Below, piece by piece: positions 60,337-64,000 of a stretch of 64,000 nucleotides of DNA. Every line of letters begins with the position of its first letter. Position 1 is the first letter of the stretch. The stretch covers positions 35,755 through 99,754 of the forward strand of contig JBKJVI010000086.1 of the NCBI GenBank assembly GCA_046590225.1. The letters are read 5' to 3'. Source of the stretch: Gaiella sp. (lineage in GTDB: Bacteria; Actinomycetota; Thermoleophilia; Gaiellales; Gaiellaceae). Under the pieces are notes generated by a model. That model saw only the letters and a list, made by a program, of their open reading frames with translations, was not told the DNA's origin and made no database searches. Made by a program: the position numbers and the translations under genes.

Positions 60337-62229
60337 ATGAGCGCGATTCCTCTCAGTGAAACGACTGCCAAGCGCCGAATCGGCGACATCCTCCTCGATC
60401 ACGGGCTCGTGACCGCGGAGGAACTCGCCGAGGCAACACTCGAACAGGAACGGACTCAGCAACCGCTCGGCCAGATTCTCGTCGGCCGTGGATCGATCAC
60501 TCGCCTCGAGTTGGCAAGCGCACTCGCCGAACAATGGTCGGATCCAGCGGCTTCGATCACATCGGGAGCCCGCTCGGCCCCCCGACCGGCACAACCGCCC
60601 TCCGCGAAAGACGAGGCGCAGTACGCAGCGAGGCTCCAGGAGGCCGTCGCCGATCTGGCGCGGAAGGTGCAGTCGAACAAGCCGCTCGAGGGGATCGACG
60701 AACGCGTCGATGAGCTCTCGCGCCGGATTGAGGGAACGCTCGCACGAACACAGCACATCGAAGCGGCCGTCGCCACGCTCGCAGAGAGTCTCGAAGGCGT
60801 CACAACCGGTGTTGAAGAGGCGTTCAACGCCCTCCAGCTGGGAACCGGCGAGCTGGTGAGTGATCTGGCGCGGATCGAGCAGACCGTCGGTGAGATCGCG
60901 ACGCGCGAGGCGCCTCACGCTGATGGCCCTTCGCTCGCAGACATCGAGGGGCTCAGGGATCACGTTGACGGCATCGCCACGAGAATCGAGTCCCTCGCGG
61001 ACACCGGGAGCGCTGTTCGGGACGTGACTGCGAGGGTCGAGCAGGTCGCCGTGCAGCTCGAAGAGCTTCGAGCCACGACCAGCCTCGACGAGCTCCAAAG
61101 CACCGTGCGCGATCTGGAATCGAGGTCACGCGCGTTTGCCGATGTCACGGAGCGACTCGACCGCGTTGAGGCAGAGTCGGCAGGCGACCAACTTCGCGGC
61201 GACCTCGAGAGCCAGGCCCGGCTGCTCGATGACCTCCGGACGGACGTCGGCGAGCTCCGGGCGCGCCCGGCGGGCACACCCGAGCTCGAAGGCCGCCTCG
61301 AGGTCCTCGAGGCGCGAATCGACGAGTCCATCGTCGGCGGGACAGAACTCACGACACGGATCGACGCGATGGCGTCGGTACGACCCGAGGAAGCCAGCGC
61401 CGAACGGCTCAACGCATTCGAGACCCAACTTGACGGCCTCGCCCGGGCGCAGGACGAGACGCTCGCGAACGCGATCGAGGGGCTCAGGAACGAACGTGAG
61501 CCGGACGGCGAACTGTCTGCCAGGTTGGACGCTCTCGAGGCGCGCGCCGCCGAGGGATTCGTCACGCCCGCGGCGCTCGAGGCGAGGATCGAGAGTCTGT
61601 CACGAACCCCGACCGAGGACGGACTCCTCGTGCGCCGTCTCGACGAGCTGGAGACGTCGCGTGTCGGCGATCTCGACACCATCAACGTCCTTGCCGTCGC
61701 CATGGATCGCATCCGGCACGACCTGACCACGACTCAGGCACCCGTGGAAACCGAGACATCGGAAGCGCTCGAAGCGGTCGCTGCCCTGGCCGAGCGACTC
61801 TCAGCACTCGAGAACGCCCCTGCCGTCGAACCGGTAGCGAGCCACGACGACTCGGAACTGGTCTTGGAGCTGGAGCGGTTCCGTCTCATACTCGAGCGCA
61901 TTGGCCTTCACCTCGGCGAGCACGACCGCGCGATCGCCGATCTCGCACCGGGACGCGGTGTCGAGGAGCGACTCCAGGAGCTTACGGTGCTCGTGCATGA
62001 CCTCGCGGAGTCACAGCAGAACGCATCGGCACCGCAAGCTGCAGGCGCGGCGTCTCCGATCCCCGGCGACCTCGGCTCACTGCTGCAGCGCGTGGAGGAG
62101 GGGGAGTCGGCGTCGCACGCCGACAACGAGAAGCTGATGAACCGCCTCGAGCGCATGGCTACGTCGATCGACTGGCGCCTGCAGAGGCTCGAAGCGGACG
62201 AGACGGACGAGACGGCCGACGCCGAGTAA
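60337..62229 (+). CDS. MshEN-domain long coiled-coil protein
   Basis: RIGDILLDHGLVTAEELAEATLEQ-ERTQQ-PLGQILVGRGSITRLELASALAEQ (60376-60534), then about 550 aa of acidic heptad-like helices. Confidence 0.78.
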   Translation: MSAIPLSETTAKRRIGDILLDHGLVTAEELAEATLEQERTQQPLGQILVGRGSITRLELASALAEQWSDPAASITSGARSAPRPAQPPSAKDEAQYAARLQEAVADLARKVQSNKPLEGIDERVDELSRRIEGTLARTQHIEAAVATLAESLEGVTTGVEEAFNALQLGTGELVSDLARIEQTVGEIATREAPHADGPSLADIEGLRDHVDGIATRIESLADTGSAVRDVTARVEQVAVQLEELRATTSLDELQSTVRDLESRSRAFADVTERLDRVEAESAGDQLRGDLESQARLLDDLRTDVGELRARPAGTPELEGRLEVLEARIDESIVGGTELTTRIDAMASVRPEEASAERLNAFETQLDGLARAQDETLANAIEGLRNEREPDGELSARLDALEARAAEGFVTPAALEARIESLSRTPTEDGLLVRRLDELETSRVGDLDTINVLAVAMDRIRHDLTTTQAPVETETSEALEAVAALAERLSALENAPAVEPVASHDDSELVLELERFRLILERIGLHLGEHDRAIADLAPGRGVEERLQELTVLVHDLAESQQNASAPQAAGAASPIPGDLGSLLQRVEEGESASHADNEKLMNRLERMATSIDWRLQRLEADETDETADAE

Positions 62230-62370
62230 CCGCCAGGAACGGGGTCACGTCTCACGTTGACCCGTTGTGGAGCAGCGGCCCGACCCCGCGCACTGCATCG
62301 ACGAAGCACCGATCGTGGGTTGAGCGAGGCAGGAGCGGCTGACCCACCGCGAACGACGAAGCCTCGGTCA

Positions 62371-62443
62371 TGCGCCCGGAAGGATTCGAACCTTCGACCT
62401 CGCGCTCCGGAGGCGCGCGCTCTATCCCCTGAGCTACGGGCGC
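62371..62443 (-). tRNA. tRNA-Arg(CCG), CCA not encoded
   Basis: Acceptor GCGCCCG/CGGGCGC-A; anticodon arm CGCGC-CTCCGGA-GCGCG; GGTTCGAATCC. Confidence 0.95.
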
Positions 62444-62482
62444 GAATCCGGCAGTGTACTGACCATCGCATAGCATTGAGCA

Positions 62483-63109
62483 GTGGCTCTGCTCCTGTAC
62501 GACAACCCGATCTCCTCGAATGCGCTCAAGGTGCGCTTCATGCTCGCCGAGCTCGGGCTCGTCTACGAGCGCACGACGGTTCCCTTCGACCTCCCACGGC
62601 CGGAGTGGTACACGGCACTGAACCCTGTCGGCGGGATCCCCACGCTCGACGATGACGGAATCGTCGTGGCGGAGTCTCACGCGATCCTGCGCTACCTCGC
62701 CGGCCGCGAGGCGCGAGACGACCTCTACCCGACCCCCTATCGCACCCGTGCCGAGGTGGATGTCTTCCTCGACCGCTTCGCCATCACATTCCGTCCCGCC
62801 TTCTTCCGCTATGAATCCCCCGCCCTCGGGTTCGTTCCGGGTAAAGGGATGCTCGGCGGCGAACCGCGCCTCGACGAGCTTCCGAGCATCGTCGAGAAGA
62901 TCGCACCCACGCTCGAGCTCCTGGACAACATGATCGGCGGCTCAGGCTTCGCCCTTGGCCGCTTCACCGTCGCGGACGTTGCGGCCGCCCCAATCCTCTT
63001 TCGGACGACGAAGACCGGCCTCGACCTCGGGCGCTTCCCGAATCTCGCCCACTGGCGCGAGACGCTTCTCGCCCGCCCTGCCTTCGCTGCTGCCGATCCG
63101 GTCACCTGA
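62483..63109 (+). CDS. glutathione S-transferase family protein
   Basis: SSNALKVR, LNPVGGIPTL, ESHAILRYL, FTVADVA, FPNL. Confidence 0.87.
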   Translation: MALLLYDNPISSNALKVRFMLAELGLVYERTTVPFDLPRPEWYTALNPVGGIPTLDDDGIVVAESHAILRYLAGREARDDLYPTPYRTRAEVDVFLDRFAITFRPAFFRYESPALGFVPGKGMLGGEPRLDELPSIVEKIAPTLELLDNMIGGSGFALGRFTVADVAAAPILFRTTKTGLDLGRFPNLAHWRETLLARPAFAAADPVT

Positions 63110-63211
63110 GCGACCAGCGCGACCTGTCGAGAGCCAGGAATCCCCCATTTGCAGGCATGACGGCTATAATCACGAACATGGTGTACTCGACCGAGGACCC
63201 TCTCAGACCCG

Positions 63212-64000
63212 ATGCCGAGCCTGCCCCGGATCACACGCAGGACCCGCGGCCGCGGAGTAGCGGAGGTCGCTGCACGCGCTACGCCGGTTCGCCAGCTCGA
63301 CGCTAGCGGCCTCACCTGGGTCAACGTCGTCGGCCCCGACCTCGAGATCGCCAACGTCCTCTCGGAGCGCTTCGGGTGGCACCCGCTCGACGTCGAGGAC
63401 ATCGTCTCGAAGCGCCAGCGCCCGAAGGTCGACGACTACGAGGACGACGGCTATCTCTTCATCGTCCTCCACTTCCCCGTCTACGACAAGACGATCCAGC
63501 GCCTGAACGCCGCCGAGCTCGACGTCTTCATCGGGCCCGACTACCTCGTGACGATCCCGAACCGCGAGCTTCTACCCGTGACGCGCCTCTTTGCGCGCTG
63601 CGAGAACGACGAGGAGCTCCGCGAAGGGCTCTTCGCCAAGGGGACGGGACGCCTCCTCTACGAGGTGCTCGACGATCTCTTCGACTACTGCTTCCCGATC
63701 CTCGACAAGATCGGGCACAAGCTCGACTCGATCGAGGACGACATGTTCGAAGGGCACGCCGAGGACGTCGTCCGCGACATCTCGAACGTCAAGCAGGAGA
63801 TCATCTCGTATCGCAAGGTGATCAAGCCCGGCCGCTCCACCCTGCGCGCACTCGAGCGCCGCGTCGACAAGTTCCTCCCCGAGGAGCTCGATCTCTACTT
63901 CGACGACATCGTCGACTCCGCAGAGCGAATCTGGGATCAGCTCGACAACTACAAGGAGGTCGTGGACGGCCTCGAGTCGACGAACGAATCCGTGATCTCG
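63212..64000 (+). CDS. corA: CorA-family divalent cation transporter, 3'-truncated by window edge
   Basis: Manual translation from ATG 63212: GLTWVNV..FGWHPLDVEDIVSKRQRPKVDDY..ELDVFIG..LLYEVLDDLFD; frame open to window end. Confidence 0.88.
   Translation, partial: MPSLPRITRRTRGRGVAEVAARATPVRQLDASGLTWVNVVGPDLEIANVLSERFGWHPLDVEDIVSKRQRPKVDDYEDDGYLFIVLHFPVYDKTIQRLNAAELDVFIGPDYLVTIPNRELLPVTRLFARCENDEELREGLFAKGTGRLLYEVLDDLFDYCFPILDKIGHKLDSIEDDMFEGHAEDVVRDISNVKQEIISYRKVIKPGRSTLRALERRVDKFLPEELDLYFDDIVDSAERIWDQLDNYKEVVDGLESTNESVIS

Noticed and set aside
62230-62443. tRNA-Arg as a genomic island boundary
   Set aside because: No direct repeat, mobility gene or clear compositional shift seen

Overview
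GC-rich (roughly two-thirds G+C by eye), densely coding core-chromosome segment of an actinobacterium. mIHF, SepF/YggT/DivIVA, MurT/GatD, the pyrR-pyrB-pyrC-carAB...mihF-gmk-rpoZ-coaBC order and many apparently leaderless genes support this; a deep-branching class (Thermoleophilia/Gaiellales-like) is my inference. Content: two convergent RpoD-family sigma genes, murT-gatD, an hflX-dut operon, dapE-dapC-dapD convergent with miaB-miaA-dapF, tRNA-Pro(GGG), the rpsB-tsf-pyrH-frr-uppS-cdsA-dxr-rseP-ispG-proS cluster, the yggS-sepF-yggT-divIVA-yggU-dksA-lspA-rluD cluster, cca, ridA, murA, a MoxR-DUF58-transglutaminase operon, the pyrimidine operon with a PyrR-binding leader, rnz, an SOS-box-controlled LysM gene, a DUF1611/dipeptide-epimerase pair, tRNA-Arg(CCG), a GST and a partial corA. 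I found no integrase, transposase, prophage or CRISPR array. Main oddities: (i) a DapF with both catalytic cysteines replaced by serine; (ii) a degenerate HisB/IGPD-fold protein coupled to murA; (iii) ribosomal protein S2 fused to a complete DUF4332-like domain; (iv) parts of a possible c-di-GMP/sigma28(WhiG) network: an MshEN-headed long coiled-coil protein, a degenerate twin-motif RsiG-like protein and back-to-back GCCGATAC promoters ahead of a sigma gene and a stand-alone Ntn amidotransferase; (v) a possible ATC start for hflX and a Pro-rich uORF overlapping the corA start. All calls come from motif recognition by eye; no database search was run and start codons are best estimates.
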